NCBI GenBank assembly: GCA_963620555.1
Contig: CAVFAN010000009.1
Span: forward strand, 12,375 to 76,374
Origin: a bacterium
GTDB taxonomy: Bacteria > Bacillota > Clostridia > Oscillospirales > Acutalibacteraceae
DNA: 64,000 bases
Direction: 5' to 3'
The position numbers were made by a program, and so were the translations under genes. The notes under the pieces were generated by a model. That model searched no databases, was not told the DNA's origin, and worked only from the letters and a program-made list of their open reading frames with translations. This document shows positions 36,057 through 43,917 of this stretch, one piece after another (positions within the stretch are counted from its first letter, which is position 1; every line of letters starts with the position of its first letter).

Positions 36057-38216
36057 ATGCTTGAGAGAAGCGAATGGATAAGAGGGTGCGAAAAGAATCT
36101 GCGCGGCGGAACGGTGTTTTTGAAAAGCTTTCGGTGCGCCGCCGAGGTTGAAAAAGCAATATTGGAAATAACCGCGCTCGGCGTATATGAGGCAAAATTA
36201 AACGGCGAGCGTGTAGGCGACTTTATTCTCGCGCCGGGCTGGACTTCATATTCAAACAGGCTTCAGGTGCAGAGCTATGATGTGACGGATATGCTGAAAA
36301 CCGAAAATTCGCTCGAGGTGACGGTCGGGCAGGGCTGGCGAGCCCTTGCGAGTAAGCGCGACGGCAGCGACTTTTTGGGCTACCGCGACACGGCTCTGAT
36401 TGCCGAGCTATCTGTTTCCTATGCTGACGGCAGGACGGAGCGCATCGTCACCGACAGCTCGTGGACCGCACGCGAGAGCAAGCTGAGATATACAAATATA
36501 TATGACGGCGATATCTATGACGCGACTTTCAAAGCGGGGAGCGCGAGACAATGCATCTGCGTCGATCTCAAAAAAGATATGCTTATCCCGCAGGAGGGCG
36601 AAAAAATAATAGAGCATGAGCGGATGCCTGCCTTGCAGGTTATAAAAACTCCGGCGGGCGAGACGGTCATTGACTTCGGTCAGAACATGACGGGCTATGT
36701 CGAGTTCAGGATAAAAGGCACTTTAGGTGCGCAGGCGACAATCTCCCACGGCGAGACGCTCGACCGCGACGGCAATTTTTACAACGCCAACTACCGCTCG
36801 GCGGACGCGCAGATAAAATTTGTCTGCGACGGCAAGGAGCACATATATAAAAGTGCGCTCACCTTCTTCGGATTTCGCTATATCCGCCTTGAGAACTGGT
36901 CGGATGAGGTGAAAAAAGAGAATTTCACGGCAATAGTCGTCCATTCGGATATCCGCAGGACGGGTTATTTCGAGTGCTCGGACGAGACGGTGAACAAGCT
37001 TTTCAAAAATATAATATGGGGGCAGAAGGGCAACTTCCTCGATGTCCCGACCGACTGCCCGCAGAGGGACGAGCGCCTCGGCTGGACGGGCGACGCGCAG
37101 GTATTTGTCCGCACGGCGAGCCTTAATTTCGATGTTGAGCGCTTCTTCAAAAAGTGGCTTCACGACCTCGCCGCCGACCAGGGGCGCGACGGCTGTGTGC
37201 CGCATGTCATACCGAATGTATTTGACGACATGGGCGGCTCGAGCGCGTGGAGCGACTCGGCGGTCATCTGCCCGTGGGAGATATACAGAACCTACGGCGA
37301 CAAAAAGGTGCTCAAAGACCAGTTCGATTCGATGAAGGCGTGGATAGACTGGATGCGCGAGCGCAGCGAGAACGGAAAACGCTCCGGCGGAGCCCACTTC
37401 GGCGACTGGCTCGGGCTCGACTCACCGGAGGGCAGCTACAAGGGCTCAACTCCCGAAGACCTAATCGCCACGGCATACTATAAATATTCGACCGAATTAT
37501 TTATAAAGGCGGCGCACGCGCTCGGCAGAGATGTTTCGGAATATGAGAATATCCCCGCAGAGGCGGCGGAGGCGTTCCGGCGCGAATATATGGAAAACGG
37601 CAGAGTGAAAAACGCCACGCAGACCGGCTGCGTGCTCGCGCTGTATTTTGACATCACCGACAACAGGGCGGCGACCGCCGCTCAGTTAAACGAGCTTGTG
37701 AAGCGCGCCGGGCATCTTGAAACCGGCTTCGTCGGTACGCCCTATCTTCTCCATGCGCTCAGCGACAACGGCTGCGCCGAGACGGCATACGACCTTCTGC
37801 TTCGGCGTGAATACCCCTCGTGGCTCTATCCCATCTCCAAGGGCGCAACGACCGTCTGGGAGCACTGGGACGGCATTAAGCCCGACGGCACGATGTGGAG
37901 TACCGACATGAACTCGTTCAACCACTATGCCTACGGCGCGGTTGCGGACTGGATGTACGGCGCGGCGGCGGGAATAAACTCCGACCCCGACCGCCCGGGC
38001 TTCGAGCATATAATCTTCCGTCCCGTGACCGACAGGCGGCTCGATTTCGTCAAGGCTTCGATTGACACCAGCCGCGGCACGGTCAAGAGCGAGTGGAAAC
38101 GCGAAAACGGCAGGATAAAATATATCTTCACCGTCCCCGAGGGTTGCTGCGCTTCTGTCGTTATAGGCAAAGAAGAGCATGAAGTCGGAGCGGGTACGCA
38201 CGAGTTTTTTGAATGA
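36057..38216 (+). CDS. Alpha-L-rhamnosidase (GH78)
   Basis: DCPQRDERLGWTGDAQVF catalytic-domain signature. The 719-aa architecture is typical of bacterial GH78 enzymes. Confidence 0.9.
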   Translation: MLERSEWIRGCEKNLRGGTVFLKSFRCAAEVEKAILEITALGVYEAKLNGERVGDFILAPGWTSYSNRLQVQSYDVTDMLKTENSLEVTVGQGWRALASKRDGSDFLGYRDTALIAELSVSYADGRTERIVTDSSWTARESKLRYTNIYDGDIYDATFKAGSARQCICVDLKKDMLIPQEGEKIIEHERMPALQVIKTPAGETVIDFGQNMTGYVEFRIKGTLGAQATISHGETLDRDGNFYNANYRSADAQIKFVCDGKEHIYKSALTFFGFRYIRLENWSDEVKKENFTAIVVHSDIRRTGYFECSDETVNKLFKNIIWGQKGNFLDVPTDCPQRDERLGWTGDAQVFVRTASLNFDVERFFKKWLHDLAADQGRDGCVPHVIPNVFDDMGGSSAWSDSAVICPWEIYRTYGDKKVLKDQFDSMKAWIDWMRERSENGKRSGGAHFGDWLGLDSPEGSYKGSTPEDLIATAYYKYSTELFIKAAHALGRDVSEYENIPAEAAEAFRREYMENGRVKNATQTGCVLALYFDITDNRAATAAQLNELVKRAGHLETGFVGTPYLLHALSDNGCAETAYDLLLRREYPSWLYPISKGATTVWEHWDGIKPDGTMWSTDMNSFNHYAYGAVADWMYGAAAGINSDPDRPGFEHIIFRPVTDRRLDFVKASIDTSRGTVKSEWKRENGRIKYIFTVPEGCCASVVIGKEEHEVGAGTHEFFE

Positions 38217-38304
38217 CAAATTCCCGACTTGCGCGGCTTTCGGTGAGTCGGGAAATAAATTTCAGAAAATTTTGAAAATCTTGTCCGACTTTGCAAAAAA
38301 TATA

Positions 38305-38333
38305 TTGACAAACCGCTTTTGATATAATATAAT
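38305..38333 (+). promoter_or_regulatory. Promoter of the tRNA cluster
   Basis: TTGACA (38305-38310), a 17-nt spacer, then TATAAT (38328-38333). Confidence 0.6.
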
Positions 38334-38367
38334 AATCAAGCTCCGTCAGATGACGGGGCTCACATAT

Positions 38368-38444
38368 GGCGGCATAGCTCAGTTGGCTAGAGCATTCGGT
38401 TCATACCCGGAGTGTCGTTGGTTCGAATCCAACTGCCGCTACCA
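38368..38444 (+). tRNA. tRNA-Met (anticodon CAT; the Ile2 alternative is not excluded)
   Basis: Cloverleaf with D-arm GCTC/GAGC, anticodon loop TTCATAC, T-loop TTCGAAT and an encoded CCA. Confidence 0.9.
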
Positions 38445-38448
38445 ATTT

Positions 38449-38523
38449 GGCCCGGTGGTCAAGAGGTTAAGACACCGCCCTTTCACGGCGGTAACACGAG
38501 TTCGATTCTCGTCCGGGTCACCA
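38449..38523 (+). tRNA. tRNA-Glu (anticodon TTC)
   Basis: GGCCCGGTGGTCAAGAGGTTAAGACACCGCCCTTTCACGGCGG... has anticodon loop CTTTCAC and an encoded CCA. Confidence 0.92.
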
Positions 38524-38535
38524 GAGCCACCAAGC

Positions 38536-38596
38536 AGATGTCGCAATCGGCAGATCAGAAACTCGTTCGGTCTGGATTTTGACATCTTTATTTTTT
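38536..38596 (+). terminator. Terminator-like hairpin between tRNA-Glu and tRNA-Val
   Basis: Arms AGATGTC and GACATCT enclose a structured 38-nt loop and are followed by TTATTTTTT. Confidence 0.45.
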
Positions 38597-38597
38597 A

Positions 38598-38674
38598 GGA
38601 CGCGTAGCTCAGCTGGTTAGAGCGCCTGCTTCACACGCAGGAGGTCCACGGTTCGAGTCCGTGCGTGTCCACCA
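38598..38674 (+). tRNA. tRNA-Val (anticodon CAC)
   Basis: GGACGCGTAGCTCAGCTGGTTAGAGCGCCTGCTTCACACGCAGG... has anticodon loop TTCACAC, T-loop TTCGAGT and an encoded CCA. Confidence 0.92.
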
Positions 38675-38681
38675 AAAGTAA

Positions 38682-38724
38682 AAGCCCCGAAAGCGTTGAT
38701 ATACAACGGCTTTGGGGCTTTTTT
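38682..38724 (+). terminator. Intrinsic terminator after tRNA-Val
   Basis: Long imperfect stem AAGCCCCGAAAGCGTTG/CAACGGCTTTGGGGCTT followed by TTTTTT. Confidence 0.8.
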
Positions 38725-38819
38725 GTTTTGAAAATCGGCGCGTTTTTATATTTCTCGTACAACCTCAAAAGACCTGGTTTTCTGACGGTTGCTAACAAAA
38801 ATCTAACAAATTTTTTAGG

Positions 38820-39878
38820 TCAAATCGAGTTGACGGCGTCCTTGAGCTGCGCCATCTCAATGTGGGTGTAGCGCTTGGTCGCCGCGTCAGAGACCTGACC
38901 CATAAGCTTTTGGATTCCCCATTTGTCGATGCCGTTGCGGTAAAGCATCGATGCAAAGGTGTGCCGTGTGGCGTGCGGAGTCAGGCGCGGCAAGCCGAGG
39001 GCTTCGAGTGTCGGATAATACCACTGATTCCGGAAATACTTGTCGGTCACGCGGACGAGCTTGCCGCGGTATTCCTTGCAGACGATTGTCGGACCGTTTT
39101 TATCAAGCCACTTTTGCAGATACGGCATGACCTTGTCCGAGACCGGCACGATTCTGTTCTTGCCCGCTTCGGTCTTTTCGCCGCCGGTCAGAGTGTGATT
39201 TTCCGGATCCCAGCTAAAGCGTGTGAGCGACAGAAACTCGTTGATTCGCCATCCGGTGTAGCACATAATCACTATCAGGTCGGCATACATAAAGCCCTTT
39301 TCCGCCGCCTCTTCGAGTTTGTGCAGTTCGAGATCAGAAAAAGGCGTCTTTTCCTTTTCTTCCATTTTCGGAAGCGTCGTAAACGAGGCATAGTTTTTTG
39401 ATATGACATCCGTCTGCACGGCGTAGTCACAGAGCATCCCGGCAAAGACCTTTGTCTTTTGCACCGAGGACACAGAAAGCCCGTCCTCGTATGCCTTGGT
39501 TATCACCGCCTGATAGTGCGCTGTCCGCAGGTCTTTTACTTTGTAGTCGCCCAAAACAGAAAGGCGGTTTTTCCATGCGCCGAGATAGGTGTCGCGGGCT
39601 TTTTTGGATAAATTTTGAAAACGCTGAAGCTTGACAAACTCTTCGTATAGCTGCCGGAAAGTCATTTCTTCGGCAGGAGCCGGAACAAGCGCGGTCGGCG
39701 ATTCGTTCCACGCACCGAGGGCGGTCATTGCTTCCGCACGCGTTCCATAGTAGCCGATGACCGTTCTTTTTTTTGATATGCTGTCGGCGACGAAGTGCGC
39801 CGGGGTTACTGCGATCCACGGTTTGCGCCGCTTGCCGCCGAGTTTGTATACAGAACCGTATCCGTTTGGATTTTTCAT
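38820..39878 (-). CDS. Phage tyrosine integrase
   Basis: C-terminal catalytic region with HATRHTFAS and a terminal Y (RYTH). N-terminal arm-type DNA-binding domain. AAAGGAG RBS. Confidence 0.93.
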   Translation of the reverse strand: MKNPNGYGSVYKLGGKRRKPWIAVTPAHFVADSISKKRTVIGYYGTRAEAMTALGAWNESPTALVPAPAEEMTFRQLYEEFVKLQRFQNLSKKARDTYLGAWKNRLSVLGDYKVKDLRTAHYQAVITKAYEDGLSVSSVQKTKVFAGMLCDYAVQTDVISKNYASFTTLPKMEEKEKTPFSDLELHKLEEAAEKGFMYADLIVIMCYTGWRINEFLSLTRFSWDPENHTLTGGEKTEAGKNRIVPVSDKVMPYLQKWLDKNGPTIVCKEYRGKLVRVTDKYFRNQWYYPTLEALGLPRLTPHATRHTFASMLYRNGIDKWGIQKLMGQVSDAATKRYTHIEMAQLKDAVNSI

Positions 39879-39897
39879 AAAAATACCGCTCCTTTGC

Positions 39898-39926
39898 TTG
39901 TACTTTTCCGGAGCGGGTGATATAAT
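39898..39926 (+). promoter_or_regulatory. Candidate extended -10 promoter facing away from int
   Basis: TTGTAC, a 17-nt spacer ending in TGA, then TATAAT (39921-39926). Confidence 0.4.
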
Positions 39927-39932
39927 ATATAT

Positions 39933-40004
39933 ATCAACTCACTCTGTCGTAGGTGTGGTTTGATGCACTGCCCGTTCCTGTTCCCGCAGGAGCGGGTCTT
40001 TTTT
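39933..40004 (+). ncRNA. Candidate ~70-nt sRNA between int and the lysogeny operon
   Basis: The promoter above is followed about 55 nt later by the hairpin CCCGC-AGGA-GCGGG and TCTTTTTT. This terminator is only functional in the plus orientation, and no plus-strand ORF is present. Confidence 0.35.
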
Positions 40005-40683
40005 ATTTGGAGTATTTAATAATAAAGTGGAAGCCCCAAGTCAGTGGCTCGTCATAATCGTATTTGTGCTCACACTCATAATCCTCGTTCTCGCCATCGT
40101 CGTTAAGGTCATAATCGTCGTCCTTCGGCACGTCTCCGCCCACAATTTCTGCACCGCACAGATCTACAAAGCGGTCCATGTTTTTTGCGGCATATTTCGC
40201 GTCACGGCGCGAGAGGTTGCCAACCTGACAACCGTTGACAACAACCTTGAAAGCCGGCTCGCCTTTATATTCATACGGTTCAAGCTCAAGTTGAAGCTCT
40301 TTGTCCTCGAACGGCGGATCTTTATAATACATCTTTTCAATTAATTCTTGGCGGCTTGTGCCGTCGTCATTGTTAAAAGTCACTCCGACAGTTTTGACAG
40401 GATAAAATTCATATTTTTCAGCGGGTCTTGGTGCGGGAGCGGGCACCGGCTCGGTCTTTTGGGCGGCTTCGGCCGTCTTTCCTTTTTTTGACGGTTTTGA
40501 CAGGCGGAGAAACAAAAAAACCGCGCCGACCAGAAGCCCCACAACGACAATACCAAAAATAGTAAAGTAAAGCGCCGGATGGGCACTTTCCTTGATTTTT
40601 TCGATAAGCGTCATTATTCCGCCGAGTAAAAACATTACCGCGATAATCAACACCCAGTTTGCTTTTTTCTTACCTTTTGCCAT
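40003..40683 (-). CDS. Membrane-anchored HIRAN-like domain protein (lysogeny-module accessory gene)
   Basis: Two N-terminal TM helices and a P/A/K-rich linker. The domain VKTVGVTFNNDDGTSRQ...LELEPYEYKGEPAFKVVVNGCQVGNLSRRDAKY resembles HIRAN, followed by an acidic tail. AAGGAG lies 9 nt before ATG 40683 and abuts the CI stop. Confidence 0.7.
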   Translation of the reverse strand: MAKGKKKANWVLIIAVMFLLGGIMTLIEKIKESAHPALYFTIFGIVVVGLLVGAVFLFLRLSKPSKKGKTAEAAQKTEPVPAPAPRPAEKYEFYPVKTVGVTFNNDDGTSRQELIEKMYYKDPPFEDKELQLELEPYEYKGEPAFKVVVNGCQVGNLSRRDAKYAAKNMDRFVDLCGAEIVGGDVPKDDDYDLNDDGENEDYECEHKYDYDEPLTWGFHFIIKYSK

Positions 40684-40696
40684 TTTTAACATCTCC

Positions 40697-41350
40697 TTAG
40701 CTTATTTCTCTGACAAGCAATCTCGGAACGCCGAGAATATGATACAGTTCCACATCTGCGCCTTTCAGCTCCTTCGGCTGATATTCGGGGTTTATGGGGC
40801 TGAGTCTTACCATATCATCAAAGATATCAATGCGCTTGAGTGTGGCGCACTCGCCGTCGTATATGACTGCGCCGACATCACCATTCTTCTCGATGTAGTT
40901 CTGTTTCAAAATAAGTACTTTGTCCTTTTCGTGGTAGAGCGGGTACATCGAGTTCCCGTGGACTTCCAAAACAAAAAAGTCATTTTTGCTGCGTCCTTTT
41001 AGGTATTTTTTCGGGACATCTATGACGCCGCTGCTCCAATCTTCAATTGCGATTTCCTCATATCCTGCGGCAATAGAGCCAAGGACGGGAAATGTTACGA
41101 CATCATCGGTGACTGTTGGGGAAATAAGATTAAGCGGATGCATTGGTACATCGGCGCCCATAAGCCACGGTATAGAAACGTTTAATGCGTTAGCGAGCTT
41201 TTCAATGGTGTCTTGCGTCGCTTTATATTTACCTTTTCGATATTGGCTGATAGCTCCTTCGTTGACTTTGGATAGCCTTGAGAGTTCAGATGCTTTCATA
41301 TTTTTGTAGCGCAGTGCATCATTTAGTCTATCTTTAAATGTTGATTTCAT
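40697..41350 (-). CDS. CI/LexA-like phage repressor (XRE HTH + S24 peptidase)
   Basis: HTH MKASELSRLSKVNEGAISQYRKGK. AG cleavage region (SIAAGYEE). Ser/Lys dyad context HGNSMYP...DKVLILK. Confidence 0.92.
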   Translation of the reverse strand: MKSTFKDRLNDALRYKNMKASELSRLSKVNEGAISQYRKGKYKATQDTIEKLANALNVSIPWLMGADVPMHPLNLISPTVTDDVVTFPVLGSIAAGYEEIAIEDWSSGVIDVPKKYLKGRSKNDFFVLEVHGNSMYPLYHEKDKVLILKQNYIEKNGDVGAVIYDGECATLKRIDIFDDMVRLSPINPEYQPKELKGADVELYHILGVPRLLVREIS

Positions 41351-41381
41351 AGGATCACCCCATACATATTATAGTGCACGC

Positions 41382-41455
41382 CTTTAGAAATTGCAATAAA
41401 AATTTAGATAACTAAAAGTTTTTTTAAAAAAGCCCTTGACTTTAGAAATCTAAAG
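41382..41455. promoter_or_regulatory. Operator cluster in the CI-Cro intergenic region
   Basis: Perfect 7-2-7 palindrome CTTTAGAAATCTAAAG (41440-41455), imperfect TTTAGATAACTAAA (41403-41416), and half-site CTTTAGA (41382-41388). Confidence 0.6.
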
Positions 41456-41464
41456 ATTTATACT
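41436..41464 (+). promoter_or_regulatory. Early rightward promoter (PR-like)
   Basis: TTGACT, a 17-nt spacer, then TATACT. The spacer is occupied by the perfect operator palindrome. Confidence 0.6.
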
Positions 41465-41481
41465 GGAAGCACTGAAAGGGG

Positions 41482-41703
41482 GTGCGTGATGTGGCCGCTT
41501 ATAAATATGGTGCGTTAAAGGACAGAATGAGAGAACTGGAAATAACGCAGGAAAGCCTTGCGGCGCTTGTGCCGATAGGGTACACGTCTCTTAATCTTAG
41601 CCTTAACAACAAAAGAAATTTCCGTCAAGATGAAATGGTGGGAATTTGTAGAGTGCTCGGAATCTCGCTTGCCGAGATAGACCGCTATTTTTTTGCACAT
41701 TAA
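41482..41703 (+). CDS. Cro/antirepressor-like small HTH protein (DUF739-like)
   Basis: ITQESLAALVPIGYTSLNLSLNNKRNFRQDEMVGICRVLG is HTH-like. The start is uncertain among GTG 41482, GTG 41491 and ATG 41527. Confidence 0.72.
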   Translation: MRDVAAYKYGALKDRMRELEITQESLAALVPIGYTSLNLSLNNKRNFRQDEMVGICRVLGISLAEIDRYFFAH

Positions 41704-41719
41704 CTTTAGAAATCTAAAG
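41704..41719. promoter_or_regulatory. Fourth copy of the operator palindrome
   Basis: An exact CTTTAGAAATCTAAAG immediately after the cro-like stop codon. Confidence 0.55.
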
Positions 41720-41746
41720 AGTATAAACGAGAGGAGCGGAATCAGC

Positions 41747-42031
41747 ATGCGAAAACCTACGACAGATGAGATCCTCGCCATTGACGGCAGCGTGCCGGTC
41801 GAAATGGCGGCGCGGTACCTCGGCCAGTCGAAAGACTTTATTTACTGCGCGATGCAGAAACAGGTCTTGCCGATTGGCACAGCGTACCTGCGCGAGAAAG
41901 AGTGGTGCTACGATATCCGACCGCAGGCACTGGTCGAGTACAACGAGCACGGCGGTGTGAAGCGCTACATGGCGCTGGAAGACCACCTGAGAAAAGTAAT
42001 CAGTTGCACGGTTGAGAAACTGTGTTCTTGA
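41747..42031 (+). CDS. Phage protein, possible excisionase-type DNA-binding protein
   Basis: GAGAGGAG RBS before ATG 41747. VEMAARYLGQSKDFIYCAMQ resembles a short HTH. Confidence 0.55.
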   Translation: MRKPTTDEILAIDGSVPVEMAARYLGQSKDFIYCAMQKQVLPIGTAYLREKEWCYDIRPQALVEYNEHGGVKRYMALEDHLRKVISCTVEKLCS

Positions 42032-42057
42032 AAAGAAAAAGAAAGGAAGAAAAGAAA

Positions 42058-42393
42058 ATGATCGAGAGTTTAAGAAAGACCTGCGAAGACTATCAGCGCG
42101 CGTGCTGCCGTCACGATGCCGAAGAAATGACAAGGCTTTCCGGCAAGCTTTGCATAATGCTTGCGCAGGAGATTATGATGGCATTCGGCGGAGTCAGTAT
42201 CGCCAACAGTGTCGTGATTTTGTCCGCTTGCAATTTGGCGGCGATATTTGTCAAGGACGCCGGGAAAAAATTCGGGCTTTCCGCCGAAACATTGGAAGCA
42301 GGGGCGGACGAACTTGCGGAGTTCGCGAACAAAAACACCACAAGAATAATGGTCAAAAGACCCGTCCGCAAGGAGGTGGACAGCGATGACTAA
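42058..42393 (+). CDS. Phage hypothetical protein
   Basis: The ORF has an RBS and is packed tightly against its neighbours. No recognisable domain. Confidence 0.55.
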   Translation: MIESLRKTCEDYQRACCRHDAEEMTRLSGKLCIMLAQEIMMAFGGVSIANSVVILSACNLAAIFVKDAGKKFGLSAETLEAGADELAEFANKNTTRIMVKRPVRKEVDSDD

Positions 42394-42922
42394 AGACTTG
42401 CTTATCATCGGCGCGGTCGTCGCGCTGGTGGCGATTATGATACTCGCGGCATTGCCGGAGATAACGAGCGCGATGCCGGAGGTCTACTATGTCGAGCCGA
42501 CCGAGCCGGAAACAGCGACGGAAGCTGAGCCGGAGACGGCTTTGCAGTCAACTGCAAGCGTCAGATACGCCCTGACCGCCGCCGAGCGCGATGAAATCGA
42601 GCGGGTAGTCATGGCAGAGGCGGGAGCCGAGCCGTACATAGGTCAGATGGCGGTTGCCCAGTGCATCCTTAACGCCTGCGAGCAGGAAAATGTGCGCCCC
42701 GCCGAGATTGTCAAGCGGTACGGCTACACCGACAAGCGACCCGAGCCGACCTACAAAGTCAAAAGCGCCGTCTCCGATGTATTTGACGACGGCGATGTTG
42801 CGACGGACGCCGAGATTCTATATTTTTATGCACCTGCGCTGGTAAGCAGCGCGTGGCACGAGTCGCAGACATATGTCTGTACGATAGGCGGACATAGATT
42901 TTTTGAGGAGGCGGGAAAGTGA
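42386..42922 (+). CDS. TM-anchored SleB-like cell-wall hydrolase
   Basis: N-terminal TM helix. ERDEIERVVMAEAGAEPYIGQMAVAQCILN matches the Hydrolase_2/SleB signature. Confidence 0.8.
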   Translation: MTKDLLIIGAVVALVAIMILAALPEITSAMPEVYYVEPTEPETATEAEPETALQSTASVRYALTAAERDEIERVVMAEAGAEPYIGQMAVAQCILNACEQENVRPAEIVKRYGYTDKRPEPTYKVKSAVSDVFDDGDVATDAEILYFYAPALVSSAWHESQTYVCTIGGHRFFEEAGK

Positions 42923-43314
42923 ATAATAACCTCTATATAATAGACGAAAACGAGGCCGAAGTCCTCGACCGCTACGAGGGCACACTCGCCCAAAAGAACG
43001 ACCCGTACAGATATGACACTCTACCCAAAGATGACCTTGCGCTGCTCTGCAGAATCAAGGATAAGAGCAACGACTTATTCGTTCGGCGTTATGAGGCCGC
43101 GAGAGCAGTCATTGATATCATCTCGAGGCAAGTCGGCATTGACCCTGACACCTCAGGTCTGTCACTATACTACCCCGATTTGGACGGCTCGTCCATAATA
43201 GCTCGAAGAATCGAGGAGTGGGTCAGCCGTTCCGGAGACAAGGCCGTGCTTAAAAAGCGAGTGCAGGAGCTTGAACAGGAGAATTTGACGCTTCGCTCGC
43301 TGATTTTAAAATGA
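42919..43314 (+). CDS. Phage hypothetical protein (C-terminal coiled coil)
   Basis: The start overlaps the upstream stop, indicating translational coupling. No recognisable domain. Confidence 0.6.
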   Translation: MNNNLYIIDENEAEVLDRYEGTLAQKNDPYRYDTLPKDDLALLCRIKDKSNDLFVRRYEAARAVIDIISRQVGIDPDTSGLSLYYPDLDGSSIIARRIEEWVSRSGDKAVLKKRVQELEQENLTLRSLILK

Positions 43315-43327
43315 GTGGAGGTCGCCA

Positions 43328-43585
43328 ATGACTAACGAAGAGGTCAAGCAGGCGCTTGTCACCGGCAAGCCGGTCATATACTTCGTGCCGCTTGTCGGCG
43401 ATGTCAGATACGACAGAGTGTCTGCGGTTATATATCGCATCATCAACGGCGAGCTCGCAGTGACCGCTGAGCTTGAGGACAAAAAGGGCAGGCTGACGGC
43501 AACGGTCCGCATCGACCGCCTGCGATTCGAAAATAAGGAGGACAAAGAAAATGATACTGAAATTTGCAATTCAAACGGTCTTTGA
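43328..43585 (+). CDS. Phage hypothetical protein
   Basis: 85-aa ORF with GGAGG upstream. Confidence 0.55.
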   Translation: MTNEEVKQALVTGKPVIYFVPLVGDVRYDRVSAVIYRIINGELAVTAELEDKKGRLTATVRIDRLRFENKEDKENDTEICNSNGL

Positions 43586-43718
43586 AATCGCCCTCGTCAT
43601 ACTTATCATCTACGGCTTTATCCGTGAGGACAAGCTTATCGCCTTTGAGGACAGAGTCAGAGCCAAAATCAGAGCAAAGAGGAGCGGGCGCGATGCAGGT
43701 ACTCGAAAAGGCAGCTGA
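43551..43718 (+). CDS. Small single-TM protein (55 aa)
   Basis: AAGGAGG lies 10 nt before ATG 43551. The translation is MILKFAIQTVFEIALVILIIYGFIREDKLIAFEDRVRAKIRAKRSGRDAGTRKGS. It is below the track cutoff and overlaps both neighbours. Confidence 0.4.
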   Translation: MILKFAIQTVFEIALVILIIYGFIREDKLIAFEDRVRAKIRAKRSGRDAGTRKGS

Positions 43719-43917
43719 CGCGCCGGGGAGCGGGCGAAAGTGGCGCAGGAAAAAGGTTTGCGAAAGCTGCCATTGGCTGCGGAAAATCGACTGTGTAGGC
43801 GACGGCTGGGACGGGAAGTGCTGCACCTATACCTACAACACCGACCGATTCCGCGAGATTCCCGCGACGGATGATTGCTGCGCATATTATCTCAAAAAGA
43901 AAGGAGCGAGAATGTAA
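43693..43917 (+). CDS. Small Cys-rich phage protein
   Basis: AAGAGGAG RBS. Eight Cys in 74 aa (CESCHW...CVGDGWDGKCC...DDCC). Confidence 0.5.
   Translation: MQVLEKAADAPGSGRKWRRKKVCESCHWLRKIDCVGDGWDGKCCTYTYNTDRFREIPATDDCCAYYLKKKGARM

Noticed and set aside
38350-38598. 82-aa ORF.
   Set aside because: It spans the tRNA-Met and tRNA-Glu genes.
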